Of a DNA stretch of 64,000 nucleotides, positions 1 through 11,123 are shown in pieces. Each line of letters starts with the position of its first letter. Positions within the stretch are counted from its first letter, which is position 1. The notes below the pieces were generated by a model. The model was not told the DNA's origin and did no database searches. It saw only the letters and a program-made list of their open reading frames with translations. Origin of the DNA: Armatimonadota bacterium (GTDB lineage Bacteria; Armatimonadota; HRBIN16); contig OY781964.1 of assembly GCA_963677485.1 (NCBI GenBank), positions 1,120,001 through 1,184,000 on the forward strand. The letters run 5' to 3'. The position numbers were made by a program, and so were the translations under genes.

Positions 1-2039
1 ACGGTAACTATCAACCTCGAGGGGCTCTCGATGGAATCAAAGGATGCCGATATCTCGCCCAAGGTTGTCACACGGCCTGTCTTGATTAGCATCTCAGGCC
101 AGCTTCCATGAGCGATCAGCTTGCCATCGGGCCGCTTGATTGTCCACTCCGCGTGCGTTCGAATATCCTTAGGGGCGTAATGGGCGATTTCTGCAGTAGC
201 GGTGAATTTCTGATCTGTGCTCAGCACACGCTTCGGCATACGCAACAGACACACAGTCGGAGCGCAGAACCGGCGGAACTGTTCTGGCGTAACCAAACCT
301 TTGGAATCCCAGAAGGCATCTAGCCAGCCCACAATGGCTGTTCCCTGCCCCGGGTAGTCACGTGCTTCCAGTATCTGCAATCCACCGTATGGCCAGGTGC
401 GCAGACTTGCTTCGATTTCGTCCTTATACAACTCGACGCTCAACGCCCCACTGGCCTGATGGAACGCTTTGGCCTGATCGAGCATGTGATGTTGGGCCAG
501 CATCTCACGGTAGCTCTCGAAGTTATGAGCGCGTAAAGTGCCCGTGTATTTCCGTATCTCATCAAAATCGGGATACATCGACCACTGGCCAACCTCATGG
601 GCGAAGGTCGGAACGGTCACCCCCGAAGAGCGTGGCTTCTGTTCTCCACCCGCGATCCAGTCAGGGGCGTCTGACCAGCGGTCCCAGTCCGTCCGAGCTC
701 CGATGACTCCGCGCTGTCCGGTTTCGAAATAATCACCGTTCGCCTCCGTCGCTCCGCCTTCGCAACGGTATAGCAGCCGCGGGTCCTTCTGACGACTCTC
801 CTTCACCAGCGTGTCAAGCGACCCAGCCGATTCGTTCCCCATCGCCATGAAGCCGAATGACGGATGGTTACCGTAGGCTTCCAGAATCAGATTCAGTTCG
901 TCGCGAATCCACTGGTCCCGCGCCGGATGATCGCCGTAGTGAGGGGCATCCATTGTCCACAAGGGCAGTTCAATCTGGTATAGAAAGCCCATCTCATCGG
1001 CAGCCTCGAACGCGGCCTCAGGTGGGCACCACGAATGGAACCTCATGAAGTTGAAGCCGTAGGACTTGCATGTCTTCAGCACTCTGAGCCAGGCCGCCTT
1101 ATCCATAGGCGGATACCCGGTCAGCGGATACACGCATTCGTCAACGGCACCTCGCAGGAATATTGGGCGGCCATTCATCAAGAACTGCCGGTCCTTCGTC
1201 GTGATCTCACGGCGGCCATAACTTACCCGTTTCACTTCACTGTAGATGCCAGATTTTAGTGATACATCCACTGTTCGAATGGAAGGGGCAAACTCATCCC
1301 ACGCCGCATGATGGTCATGGAATGGCACATCCACCATACCGCCATCGGCTGGTATGACGTGCTGTTGTGCTTGAATCTGCACATCCGCAGCCTGGCCGGT
1401 TTGGTTGCCAACCTCCACCTTCAGCAGATCAGGGTAGACCTGCACCGACTTGATCCACACCGGATTCGTCGCCCGGAGCTCGATTTGGCCGATAATCCCA
1501 TTCCAGTTGCCCTGGGTATCCTCGGTGATGGCGCTTGACCACGTGCCGATCGGGATCTTGTAAGTGTTGTCTATGCACACCGTCAGGGTATGATGGCCAG
1601 GCGCGAGCACGCCCAGCTCATGCAGGTGTGGAACACTCAGGCTGTTTTTTATGTCGACAGGACGATCATCGACCCAGACCGTGCTCTCCCAATGGCAGCG
1701 CTCCAGGAAAAGCTCCACACGCTTTCCCTTCCAGCTCGCCGGGATGTTGATATCCCGCTGATACCAGGCGCGTCCTTCATACTTGATGATGCGGGTCAGC
1801 TTGCCGATGGCCGGTGCTTCGGACTTGACACCATAACCGCTCTGCTCCGTTGATCCGGGAAGCTTGATTAAATCTGGCAGCACTTTTGTGTGCCACGCCT
1901 CACTCAGGCCCCTGTTCTGAGCATCAAGCTGAAACCGCCACTGCCCGGATAACGGCATGGTGTGGCTTGTGGCTGCGCTACTGATGGTGTTGGTGCCAGC
2001 CAGAAGAGCCGTTGTCAGGGCAATACATTTGTTATTCAT
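1..2039 (-). CDS. Glycoside hydrolase family 2 protein, secreted; truncated by the window edge
   Basis: Missing from the ORF track because it runs off the edge. My translation from ATG 2039 gives MNNKCIALTTALLAG...LSGQWRFQLD...YEGRAWYQRDINIP...NGRPIFLRGAVDEC...GFNFMRFHSWCPPEAAFEAADEMG...NHPSFGFMAMGNE, which are GH2 sugar-binding and TIM-barrel motifs. Confidence 0.85.
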   Translation of the reverse strand, partial: MNNKCIALTTALLAGTNTISSAATSHTMPLSGQWRFQLDAQNRGLSEAWHTKVLPDLIKLPGSTEQSGYGVKSEAPAIGKLTRIIKYEGRAWYQRDINIPASWKGKRVELFLERCHWESTVWVDDRPVDIKNSLSVPHLHELGVLAPGHHTLTVCIDNTYKIPIGTWSSAITEDTQGNWNGIIGQIELRATNPVWIKSVQVYPDLLKVEVGNQTGQAADVQIQAQQHVIPADGGMVDVPFHDHHAAWDEFAPSIRTVDVSLKSGIYSEVKRVSYGRREITTKDRQFLMNGRPIFLRGAVDECVYPLTGYPPMDKAAWLRVLKTCKSYGFNFMRFHSWCPPEAAFEAADEMGFLYQIELPLWTMDAPHYGDHPARDQWIRDELNLILEAYGNHPSFGFMAMGNESAGSLDTLVKESRQKDPRLLYRCEGGATEANGDYFETGQRGVIGARTDWDRWSDAPDWIAGGEQKPRSSGVTVPTFAHEVGQWSMYPDFDEIRKYTGTLRAHNFESYREMLAQHHMLDQAKAFHQASGALSVELYKDEIEASLRTWPYGGLQILEARDYPGQGTAIVGWLDAFWDSKGLVTPEQFRRFCAPTVCLLRMPKRVLSTDQKFTATAEIAHYAPKDIRTHAEWTIKRPDGKLIAHGSWPEMLIKTGRVTTLGEISASFDSIESPSRLIVT

Positions 2040-2062
2040 TCTAGACTCCTGCGGTAAGCCTG

Positions 2063-3256
2063 TTATGCCAGTGTCGTTCCAGCCGCAGCCCGCAGCGCGG
2101 ATATGGTGGTATCAACCTGCTGCTCTGCCCAGTCAGGGTTGACCGGTATATACACGGTGCGCCGCAGCAGCTCCAGCGTCTTCGGACAGACATCCGCGGA
2201 GTAATCCGCGCGCAGCCCCTTGTTCGCTTCGAATAGGAACGGGTTCATGGCGGGATGATGCATGATTCGCTTCTCAACCAGCGGCGTCCACTCGGTGAAG
2301 ATGTGCTTGCCATGGTCGATACCCACGTAGCCGCCAAGACCGGATGCGGAGAGGAACCCTCTAGCCGCCGATTCGTTAGGCAGCCGGTAAGCCACCACCA
2401 CACCGCAGTCACCGTCGATGTCGTTGTTGGGCGCCACTTTCAACCCTGACACGCCCTCTGTCTCCGCTTCGATCCGTCGGGCGATGCGACGCAGATCTGC
2501 CAGGATGCCATCCAGCCTCTGCGCCTGCATGCGGATGATCGCTCCCATGATCTCATCGGCCCGATACTGCTGCGCCACGAAGATCGGAATATCCAGTTCC
2601 GCCGCATGCGGACGAAACGCGGTGCCCGAATCGGCATACGCGATGGCGGTTTCGTAGAGCTTGCGGTCGCTGGTGACCATGCAGCCGCCCTCACCGCTGG
2701 AGATGATCTTGAAGTGGTTGAAGCTGAACGCCCCCGCGTCGCCCCAGCTTCCGGTTCGCTTGCCTTTGTAACTTCCGCCGTTCATCTGGCAGGAGTCCTC
2801 TATCACCTTCAGACCATGTTTGCGGGCGATCTCCAGAATGCGTTCCATGTTCGCGGCCCGACCCAGCATATGTACGGGTATTACCGCTTTGGTGTTGGGG
2901 CCAATCCTGCGCTCGAACTCATCAGGATCGAGGGCCATCGTCTCATCCACTTCGGCCAAGACCGGGATGGCACCCACGGTCAGCACCGAGGTGGCGGTGG
3001 ACATCCAGGTATAGGCGGGCACGATCACCTCATCGCCTGGGCCAATACCCAGCCCGGCTAGTGCGCAGACCAGCGCAGCAGTACCACCCCCGCACATCAG
3101 CAGCGCATACTTGGTGCCAATTCGGCCTGCCCATTCCTTCTCAAAACGGTCGCACTCACCCAGGTGACCTGCTTCCGGACTACCCACCCGGAAAAGTTGG
3201 CCCGATTCGATGACTTTAGTCACTTCGTCGATCTCTGCTTGGCCTATTCTATACAT
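2063..3256 (-). CDS. DegT/DnrJ/EryC1/StrS family PLP-dependent aminotransferase
   Basis: GIGPGDEVIVPAYT, VIPVHMLG, IEDSCQ and FSFNHFKIISSGEGG (PLP lysine motif). Confidence 0.92.
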   Translation of the reverse strand: MYRIGQAEIDEVTKVIESGQLFRVGSPEAGHLGECDRFEKEWAGRIGTKYALLMCGGGTAALVCALAGLGIGPGDEVIVPAYTWMSTATSVLTVGAIPVLAEVDETMALDPDEFERRIGPNTKAVIPVHMLGRAANMERILEIARKHGLKVIEDSCQMNGGSYKGKRTGSWGDAGAFSFNHFKIISSGEGGCMVTSDRKLYETAIAYADSGTAFRPHAAELDIPIFVAQQYRADEIMGAIIRMQAQRLDGILADLRRIARRIEAETEGVSGLKVAPNNDIDGDCGVVVAYRLPNESAARGFLSASGLGGYVGIDHGKHIFTEWTPLVEKRIMHHPAMNPFLFEANKGLRADYSADVCPKTLELLRRTVYIPVNPDWAEQQVDTTISALRAAAGTTLA

Positions 3257-3266
3257 ATCTGTCTCC

Positions 3267-3881
3267 TTACTCGTACCACTTCTTGTTCAATCGCTGGTCG
3301 CGTTCCTGCTTGGTGCTCCAGACCACATCGTCAAATGCGATCTTGGCGGGTTTGGCTCCCCGGGCGAACCAGAAGGTGATGCGCATCTGATTCACCGTGT
3401 CCATCGTCGGCTTGCCTGCCCCTGCAGCCATCGTTTCGGTAGAGATCAGCACCCGCTGCCACCCTTTGACGTTGGCGATTATGCCAAACTTGGCGTAATG
3501 GTTGGCCCAAGTGGCATCCCCGATATGGATGCCCGACTGCACGACGTCCTGAGGGTTATCCATGTAGACCCAGAAGTTGACCTGCTTGACCAGCCTCATA
3601 GGCATTTCGGGGTAGATATCCAAGTCGAGGCGCGGGGCACCATCTGGACTGACTGCCGGCATGGATACCAGCAACGCCTTCTTGCCACTTTTCACGGTAG
3701 AGGTGCTCAGCTTCACCTCAGGCGCCTTTGGGAACCCAGATGTTTTAACTGACCATTTGGCCTGCATCTCGGTCATGCTTTTGTATTCGAAGCTGTCTGT
3801 AATCTTGTCCGCTGAACACGCCAGCGATGAGAAGAGGGCAGTGAGCGCCAAGCCTGCGTATACGAAACGTGTGTATTTCAT
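3267..3881 (-). CDS. Secreted hypothetical protein, possible carbohydrate-binding (galactose-binding-like) domain
   Basis: 204 aa with a signal peptide and beta-rich pattern (VNFWVYMD, GWQRVLI, IAFDDV). Tightly packed between neighbours, with an AGGAG RBS. Confidence 0.65.
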   Translation of the reverse strand: MKYTRFVYAGLALTALFSSLACSADKITDSFEYKSMTEMQAKWSVKTSGFPKAPEVKLSTSTVKSGKKALLVSMPAVSPDGAPRLDLDIYPEMPMRLVKQVNFWVYMDNPQDVVQSGIHIGDATWANHYAKFGIIANVKGWQRVLISTETMAAGAGKPTMDTVNQMRITFWFARGAKPAKIAFDDVVWSTKQERDQRLNKKWYE

Positions 3882-3884
3882 GAT

Positions 3885-6035
3885 TTACTCCTGTGCCGCC
3901 GAAATTGAGATGGCAAAGACGGCTAGCGACATCCCTGAGCTGTTCTGCGACTCAATGCTGATGTTCTTGATGCTCTTCCCGGGGTGTGGGTTTACCCAGT
4001 CCGTACGGATCAGTTGGATTCGACTGCCCGATTCCGTTTCGGCGGTGACGGCGATTCGCCCATCGAATACCCCGAATTTGCTGTTCCAATCCGTCACATT
4101 CCACCGATATCGGAACTCCAGATCAGCACTAGTGCCGTCGGTATATTCCAACCGGGCCTTCGCCACCAGCGGGTGAGAGGTGACCCTGCTCCAGTGAGCC
4201 AGGCTGTCTCGATCCAGCGGCAGGTTGCAGGTGATTAACAAGGCCAACCGTGAGGCCTTCTTGTTGAGCGCGATAGTAACAGGTCCTTTGGGCAGAGCAT
4301 CGTCTGGCTCAGCCGACAGCAGGATCACATTTTTCGCGGCGTCCTGACCAGCCAGCCGGAACCTCACCTGCCCGCTCTGGATATCACTGCCCAGCACTTT
4401 GTGAACTGCATTCTCTGCGCCGTATTTCGGCCAGGAATCCGCGCTGTTCGTGATGCGGTAGTTGTAGTATTTCGCTAGTGGCACACTGCTCCAGTCCGTC
4501 GGTTCTTTGTCAGGTCGAATGATTTTAGAGATTTGGTAAATAGGGTCATACCGTATCTCAGAGAGTTTGGGCGCAGCGGGGTTCCAGGCGTACTGCCCGG
4601 TCAGAAGCACCGCCGACCATGCCTCCGGTGCCACGTCCTGCGGGAGAGCCCACGAACCGACATATGACCAGAGGGTGTCGAATAGCCCCAGAGATGCCGG
4701 CTCCTTCGCGAGTGCCTGAGCAAAGCCCTGGATGGCCACCGGTGAGTAGAAGGTGGCACCGACCACCGGGAACCCCTTGTCTGTGAAGTACCTCAGACGC
4801 TTCTGCGATTCCGCGGTGTAGATTTCGTAATCCCAGTCCACCATCAAGATATCTTTAGGAAGCTTGTCGATGATCTCCCACCCTCGGGCTTTATCGGTCG
4901 TGCCGACCATATACTGGCCAGTTGGCAGCAGCGTGTCGTGCCACATCATGGTCTTCACGCCTTTGCTCGCGTTGATGTCGTACATCCGTTTAATGCTGCG
5001 ATACAGCAACTCCGAGGGGTTTTGTGTTTTGCATCGCTCACACATCGCATAAGGCCCGTAGTTGATCTCATCCATGCAGATATGCACATATTTGGGCTCG
5101 AAAATCTCGATGGTCTCTTCAAGAACATCCTTTACTAGTGCATCCACGCCGGGATGTGATGGGCACCAGTTTGTGGACCAGCCGTTGTCGTGCTCCGGGT
5201 CCTCCAGCAGAGGGAAGTTGGCCGGATTGGAGAGTATCCACACGCTATGGCTCAGCATCTGAAGGGCTGGGATCACCTCAAAGTGCAGCGACTTGGCGTA
5301 GTTCACCAGCTCTTTGGCCTGAGCTTTTGACAGAGCTTGATGCTCCATCGCCGGGAACTTCTGGCGGTCATAGATGATGTTGTCCGACAGTTCGAAAAAC
5401 AGCGTGTTCATCTTCAGGGCCGCGAAGCTGTTGATGAGGTTCTTCATCGACTGCATCGACTCCGGGCTGCGGTTGATGCTGCGCAGGTTGAGATACACCC
5501 CTCGCCAGGCCATGGCTGGCTCATCGGTGACCTGGCAGCCTTTGGCCAACAACTCGACACCGTGCTGAGATAGCAGTTGTTTTAGCGTCTGGATGCCGTA
5601 GAACACGCCTACCAAACCTCTGGAGGCCAGTGTGACGCCATTGTTGTTCACCGTCAGCGTGTACCCGTCGGTTTTTTGGGGCAATGCCTTGCCGGTCTTC
5701 GCTATATGCAGCGAAATTTGGTTTTTCGCCGTGGACGAACCAGCTTTCGTGATTTTGCATTCCAGTTGGTATAAACGCCGCAGCTCCGACTGAAGATACT
5801 CCGCATTGGCCAGGTTCGCTTCGTCGTAGCTGATGATGGTGCTGGTGTTGATCGGGAAGCTCTGCTTGTTGTAGCTTACCTGTTTGGGCTGCGGGATGAG
5901 CACGCCATCCGCCACATTGTTGATGACGCCTGGGCGTAGCGCCGCACTCACAGGCATGGTGCAGAACGCTGTCACCAGTGCTAACGCGACTATGAACGGA
6001 TGGCTAGCATTTCTACTAGTATGCGATAGGCTCAA
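3885..6035 (-). CDS. Beta-N-acetylhexosaminidase, GH20 family, secreted
   Basis: LIPQPKQV, DGYTLTV, GVFYGIQTLKQL, DEPAMAWRGVYL and catalytic HICMDE. Start placed at TTG 6035 after GGAGG, because the track's upstream extension lies in repeat DNA. Confidence 0.88.
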   Translation of the reverse strand: MSLSHTSRNASHPFIVALALVTAFCTMPVSAALRPGVINNVADGVLIPQPKQVSYNKQSFPINTSTIISYDEANLANAEYLQSELRRLYQLECKITKAGSSTAKNQISLHIAKTGKALPQKTDGYTLTVNNNGVTLASRGLVGVFYGIQTLKQLLSQHGVELLAKGCQVTDEPAMAWRGVYLNLRSINRSPESMQSMKNLINSFAALKMNTLFFELSDNIIYDRQKFPAMEHQALSKAQAKELVNYAKSLHFEVIPALQMLSHSVWILSNPANFPLLEDPEHDNGWSTNWCPSHPGVDALVKDVLEETIEIFEPKYVHICMDEINYGPYAMCERCKTQNPSELLYRSIKRMYDINASKGVKTMMWHDTLLPTGQYMVGTTDKARGWEIIDKLPKDILMVDWDYEIYTAESQKRLRYFTDKGFPVVGATFYSPVAIQGFAQALAKEPASLGLFDTLWSYVGSWALPQDVAPEAWSAVLLTGQYAWNPAAPKLSEIRYDPIYQISKIIRPDKEPTDWSSVPLAKYYNYRITNSADSWPKYGAENAVHKVLGSDIQSGQVRFRLAGQDAAKNVILLSAEPDDALPKGPVTIALNKKASRLALLITCNLPLDRDSLAHWSRVTSHPLVAKARLEYTDGTSADLEFRYRWNVTDWNSKFGVFDGRIAVTAETESGSRIQLIRTDWVNPHPGKSIKNISIESQNSSGMSLAVFAISISAAQE

Positions 6036-6099
6036 TGATATATACCTCCGGTAATGCTGAATCGTCGGTTCGTGGCTCCCATGCCACGCGCATGTGAAC

Positions 6100-6180
6100 A
6101 TGGCTATGACCCATAAATGTTGCAAGGCCAGTAGGTCACCGATTCCGCGACATAAATGTCTCGGCCATTGAACACCAAGC
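6100..6180. repeat. Partial copy of the REPIN-like element (CCGCGACATAAATGTCTCGG family)
   Basis: Reverse complement is closely similar to 27310-27390. Confidence 0.8.
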
Positions 6181-6226
6181 ACCTGCACGTGCTGAAACGG
6201 CAGCCCATACTGTAACTGATACGGTC

Positions 6227-6310
6227 GTAGGGGCCACCCTTATGGTGGCCCTAAACGTTGCTTATTCGATTGTTTTCGATTAGGGCGCCCACAAGAGGCG
6301 CCCCTACGAC
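6227..6310. repeat. Inverted pair of GTAG-type REP palindromes
   Basis: GTAGGGGCCACCCTTATGGTGGCCCT ... AGGGCGCCCACAAGAGGCGCCCCTAC. Related copies at 8953-8979, 25936-25961, about 33150-33173 and 59611-59640. Confidence 0.8.
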
Positions 6311-6321
6311 CAGCTACTTAC

Positions 6322-6425
6322 GAGCCTGCTGAAGCAGGCTACAGGGCTTCGTCCTGTAAGCACGGTGGATGCAGACGGCTTTAGCCGGCTTTCGGATAAT
6401 AAGCCGTGTCCTTCAGGGCGCGGCG
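6322..6425. repeat. REP-like element (AGCCGTGTCCTTCAGGGCGCGG family)
   Basis: Reverse complement resembles 36120-36178. Internal hairpin AGCCTGCTGAAGCAGGCT. Confidence 0.7.
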
Positions 6426-6642
6426 GTGAGTTTTTTAATTTGATGGGTAATAGACTGGGCCGTTCGGCTCGCGACCCAATCGGTCTTCTATCAACCGTCT
6501 GCTGGGCTTTGACTCTCGTATTAGTATTCGGGACCAGACCGTTTTATTCCTGCAACACGCCCATCGGCAAGCTGAATTCGCCACCGGTTCCGTATGGCGG
6601 AGTGGCAGTTCCTAAAAGAAGCGTTACAATATAAGATGGTAG

Positions 6643-7971
<1,329 letters not shown>

Positions 7972-8010
7972 TCTTCCACCAGGTATAACGGCATCAGCCG
8001 TTTCCGCCTT

Positions 8011-8042
8011 CACCCCCGCCTCCAGCGGGGGTGTTTTTTTTT
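8011..8042 (+). terminator. Intrinsic terminator of eno
   Basis: CACCCCCGC-loop-GCGGGGGTG followed by T9. Confidence 0.9.
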
Positions 8043-8174
8043 GGGGGGGGGCATCTGCAGTATGTCTTACTCGTCCTACTCATCCTACGCGTCCTCGGCT
8101 TTTCATAGGACATGTCAGACGATTAGGACAATATAACACTACCCAGGGCCGCAACCCCAATACTTTGCTGTATA

Positions 8175-8310
8175 CTACATCTGGTGCCTGGCTACGACCG
8201 ATGGCACCATATACGCACCATTCGGGGAAGATCCGGTGAGAACCCGGCACTGTGCCGCAACGGTGATGCCTTGCACGCCAAGGACAAGTCCGATTACCGA
8301 TGGTGATGTC
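8175..8310 (+). ncRNA. Cobalamin riboswitch
   Basis: GGGGAAG-ATCCGGTGAGAACCCGGCACTGTGCCGCAACGGTGA...AAGTCCGATTACC. Closing stem CACCATTCGG/CCGATGGTG. Lies directly upstream of cobO. Confidence 0.88.
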
Positions 8311-8419
8311 ACATCGCTCCCGCGATGGCCCTTCGAGCAAAGGGCGGCAGAGACCTCCCCAACCCTGTGTTGGCCATCTCACCGCTGCCCATAATAGGTA
8401 AGAATGAGGAGGCCCCGTA

Positions 8420-8938
8420 ATGGATCGTGGCTACGTTCAGGTTTATACAGGAAATGGTAAAGGCAAAACCACCGCGGCTCTCGGATTGGCACTGCGTGCC
8501 ATCGGCGCAGGTATGAAAGTGTTCATCGGGCAGTTCGCCAAAGGCCAACCCTACAGCGAGCTGAACAGCATCGCCCAACACCCACAACAGATCACACTGC
8601 GGCAATATGGCACCGAGCGGTTCATAGACGGCCAGGCGAGCAGTGAGGACATCCTCGCAGCCCTTTCCGGCTGGCAAGAGGTGCAGGCGGCTGTGAGCGG
8701 TGGAATCTACGACTTGGTGGTGCTGGATGAGATCAACATCGCGGTGTTGTATGGACTGGTGACGGTCGAAGAGCTTCTTATGCTGATGCGCAACAAGCCA
8801 GCGCATATCGAGCTGGTGCTCACCGGCCGCTACGCCCACCCGGAGATCACCATGGCAGCCGACCTGGTGACCGAAATGCGCGAAGTGAAGCACTACTATC
8901 ACCAGAGCGTCATGGCCAGAGTGGGGATCGAGAACTAG
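8420..8938 (+). CDS. cobO: Cob(I)yrinic acid a,c-diamide adenosyltransferase (CobO/BtuR/CobA family)
   Basis: VQVYTGNGKGKTTAALGLALRA, LVVLDEIN, ELVLTGR, ADLVTEM, KHYY, ARVGIE. Confidence 0.95.
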   Translation: MDRGYVQVYTGNGKGKTTAALGLALRAIGAGMKVFIGQFAKGQPYSELNSIAQHPQQITLRQYGTERFIDGQASSEDILAALSGWQEVQAAVSGGIYDLVVLDEINIAVLYGLVTVEELLMLMRNKPAHIELVLTGRYAHPEITMAADLVTEMREVKHYYHQSVMARVGIEN

Positions 8939-8952
8939 TTGTTGTGTGGCTG

Positions 8953-9190
8953 GTAGGGGCCGCCCCCAGTGGCGGCCCTCATTCCTGTGGCCGCCCATTC
9001 ATGTCTGAACCACGGATTACGCGGATGAAACGGATGGGGAGGATGGGAAGGGGCATGCATGCCGGAACCGCAGACAATGCGGAGGGTATACCGTCATATG
9101 CGCCAAATAACGACCACCCCTACCGGTAACGCCAGTACCTGATGGGTCCCACTCCCTCTCTATCCGTGTCATCCGCGGTTCAGAAAATTG
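8953..9190. repeat. Repeat mosaic: GTAG-REP plus inverted pair of ATCCGTGGTTCAGACAA-family modules
   Basis: GTCTGAACCACGGATTACGCGGATGAAACGGATG at about 9003 and the inverted ATCCGTGTCATCCGCGGTTCAGA at about 9162-9185. Confidence 0.75.
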
Positions 9191-9241
9191 CCCGGTGCGG
9201 TTGTTCGACAGCACCCGGTCAACCACATAGCAAGAAGGCAT

Positions 9242-9277
9242 AAAAACAGAAAGACCACGCTAAGCGTGGTCTTTCTG
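9242..9277 (-). terminator. Intrinsic terminator of the PEP-CTERM gene
   Basis: CAGAAAGACCACGC/GCGTGGTCTTTCTG perfect stem, followed by a T-run on the minus strand. Confidence 0.85.
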
Positions 9278-9302
9278 GTGCAAAGGGATGAATACGGATT
9301 AC

Positions 9303-10037
9303 TTAAGCCTTGCGGCGTCGAGCGAAGCCGACTAGACCGACTAAACCGGTGGCTAGTGCGACCATTGAACCAGGCTCAGGAACAGCATTAATGTTAACCG
9401 TGTAAGTACCAGGTCGAACAGTATTGTATGTGTTCGTTGTGCCATTCCATGAAATATAGTTGAAGACTGTGGTGTCCTGAGTGCCGGAACCGACGTCTAT
9501 CAACGATACTCTTGCACTCTCACCAGCACCCAGGGTGCTGTTTAAATGCAAGGTCATCACCTGTAGGTTCGTCCATACATCAGCTGCTGAGGGCTCCATT
9601 GTAGGATGAATCACTTTGCCTGTTTTTTTGCTGATGATGTTGTACGGGTTTTGGGTCTCGATGACTGAGGTGCCCCAAGCCATACGGCCGGTAAGTGCAT
9701 ATCCTGCTTGGGGTGTCCCTGCCTCTTTGGCTTTTAGGTCAGCGTCGCCGCTATCTGCGGGTTGGTTGAATTCGACAGCTGTGAAAAAATCACCAGCATA
9801 GCTGAGCTTAGAGTCAAGTGCCCAGCGGACCTCTAACAAGTTAACTGGTTTGTCAGTACTCATCCACACGGCGAGATCAATTGTGCTTCCTGGGGTGTAG
9901 TTGAGAGAAGTAATAGGGGTGCCTGTGGCATCGCTGGCTAAAGCGAGCCATACATCATAAGATGCCGCAGCGTTAGACGCTACTGAGAAGAGAGCGCCTA
10001 GAGCCACTAGGCCAGTTAATAAACCGGCTTTTTTCAT
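9303..10037 (-). CDS. PEP-CTERM sorting domain surface protein
   Basis: Signal peptide MKKAGLLTGLVALGALFSVASNA and C-terminal VPEPGSMVALATGLVGLVGFARRRKA. AGGAGG RBS before ATG 10037. Confidence 0.92.
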   Translation of the reverse strand: MKKAGLLTGLVALGALFSVASNAAASYDVWLALASDATGTPITSLNYTPGSTIDLAVWMSTDKPVNLLEVRWALDSKLSYAGDFFTAVEFNQPADSGDADLKAKEAGTPQAGYALTGRMAWGTSVIETQNPYNIISKKTGKVIHPTMEPSAADVWTNLQVMTLHLNSTLGAGESARVSLIDVGSGTQDTTVFNYISWNGTTNTYNTVRPGTYTVNINAVPEPGSMVALATGLVGLVGFARRRKA

Positions 10038-10462
10038 TGTGTTGCACGTGCCTCCTGTTAAGGTGGTTGTGGAGATTATAGTTAAGGGAGCGACCCTTAA
10101 CCGAAACACGACGGCAGTAATCGGCCGTCTTGGGCCAAGCAGCCTAAGCCACCCGACGTAATGCGAATACGTTTTCTTGCTATACACTCAATAGCAATAG
10201 GCCTTCGACCCGTATAGTGAAGCTGACAGCAACCTATAATAGCTAGATAAACAGGTCTACGCTTATCTAAAGTTTAGCATTCGCATACGAGCATGTCAAT
10301 ATGTTACCTCGATATTTCGGATATTTTCATGCTATTTAGTTGTTTATACCATAATGTACTGATAACAGGGAACAAATAACGGAATTCGGGGTTTGTCTCC
10401 TGACATCTGCTCCTGTCTCCTGCCTCCTGCCTCCACCGAAATAACAACAATAGGATATGTGA

Positions 10463-11110
10463 ATGCCGAAACCTAGACTTCGCATCCTTGTGGTCCGACA
10501 CGGGGAAACCGATTGGAACAAAAAACGGGTGTTTCAAGGCCAAACAGATACCCAGCTTAACCACGCTGGCCGAACTCAGGCCATCGCAGTGCAACAAGCA
10601 CTATCATCCCTCCAGCTTGCGGCCGTATATAGCAGCGACTTGAGCAGAGCCAGGGAAACCGCTGAGATCATCGCTCAACCGCATCACTTGGAAGTGCAGA
10701 CCGATCTGCGGCTTCGAGAGATAGGCTTTGGGGTCTTTGAGGGCAAATCTCATGAGCAGCTAATGGTCTCAGAATGGGCTGATCATTTCGCAAAATACAA
10801 ACAGGACCCCTTACGAAACCGTCCTCCGCAGGGAGAGCGGCCGGAGGAGGTGCTGGAGCGGGTGTCCACCTTTTATCGTGACCTCTGCACAAAACATCAA
10901 GCTGGTGAAACTGTGCTGGTAGCGGCGCATGGCGGGAGCTGTCGTATGTTGATATGTGCCGCCATGGAGGCTGCTGCCGAGTTAAACCGCCACATCCGGC
11001 TTGACAACTGCAGCATCAGCGAGCTTGAATATCACGATGGGTTCACCTGGGTCAATAGATTGAATGATACCCACCATCTGACCACCAGCCATGTCGCACC
11101 GGTGATCTAG
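10463..11110 (+). CDS. Histidine phosphatase family protein (CobC/GpmB-like)
   Basis: VVRHGETDWN, QGQTDTQLN, YSSDLSRARETA, LREIGFGVFEG, VAAHGG, LNDTHHL. Confidence 0.92.
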   Translation: MPKPRLRILVVRHGETDWNKKRVFQGQTDTQLNHAGRTQAIAVQQALSSLQLAAVYSSDLSRARETAEIIAQPHHLEVQTDLRLREIGFGVFEGKSHEQLMVSEWADHFAKYKQDPLRNRPPQGERPEEVLERVSTFYRDLCTKHQAGETVLVAAHGGSCRMLICAAMEAAAELNRHIRLDNCSISELEYHDGFTWVNRLNDTHHLTTSHVAPVI

Positions 11111-11123
11111 GACGCGGGTATGT

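Noticed and set aside
6036-6188. N-terminal extension of the GH20 ORF in the track
   Set aside because: It lies largely in REP-like repeat DNA. The RBS and signal peptide support a start at 6035.
8034-8051. T9 followed by a G-run as a phase-variation tract
   Set aside because: The T-run is the eno terminator tail. The tract is intergenic and not in an evident promoter spacer.
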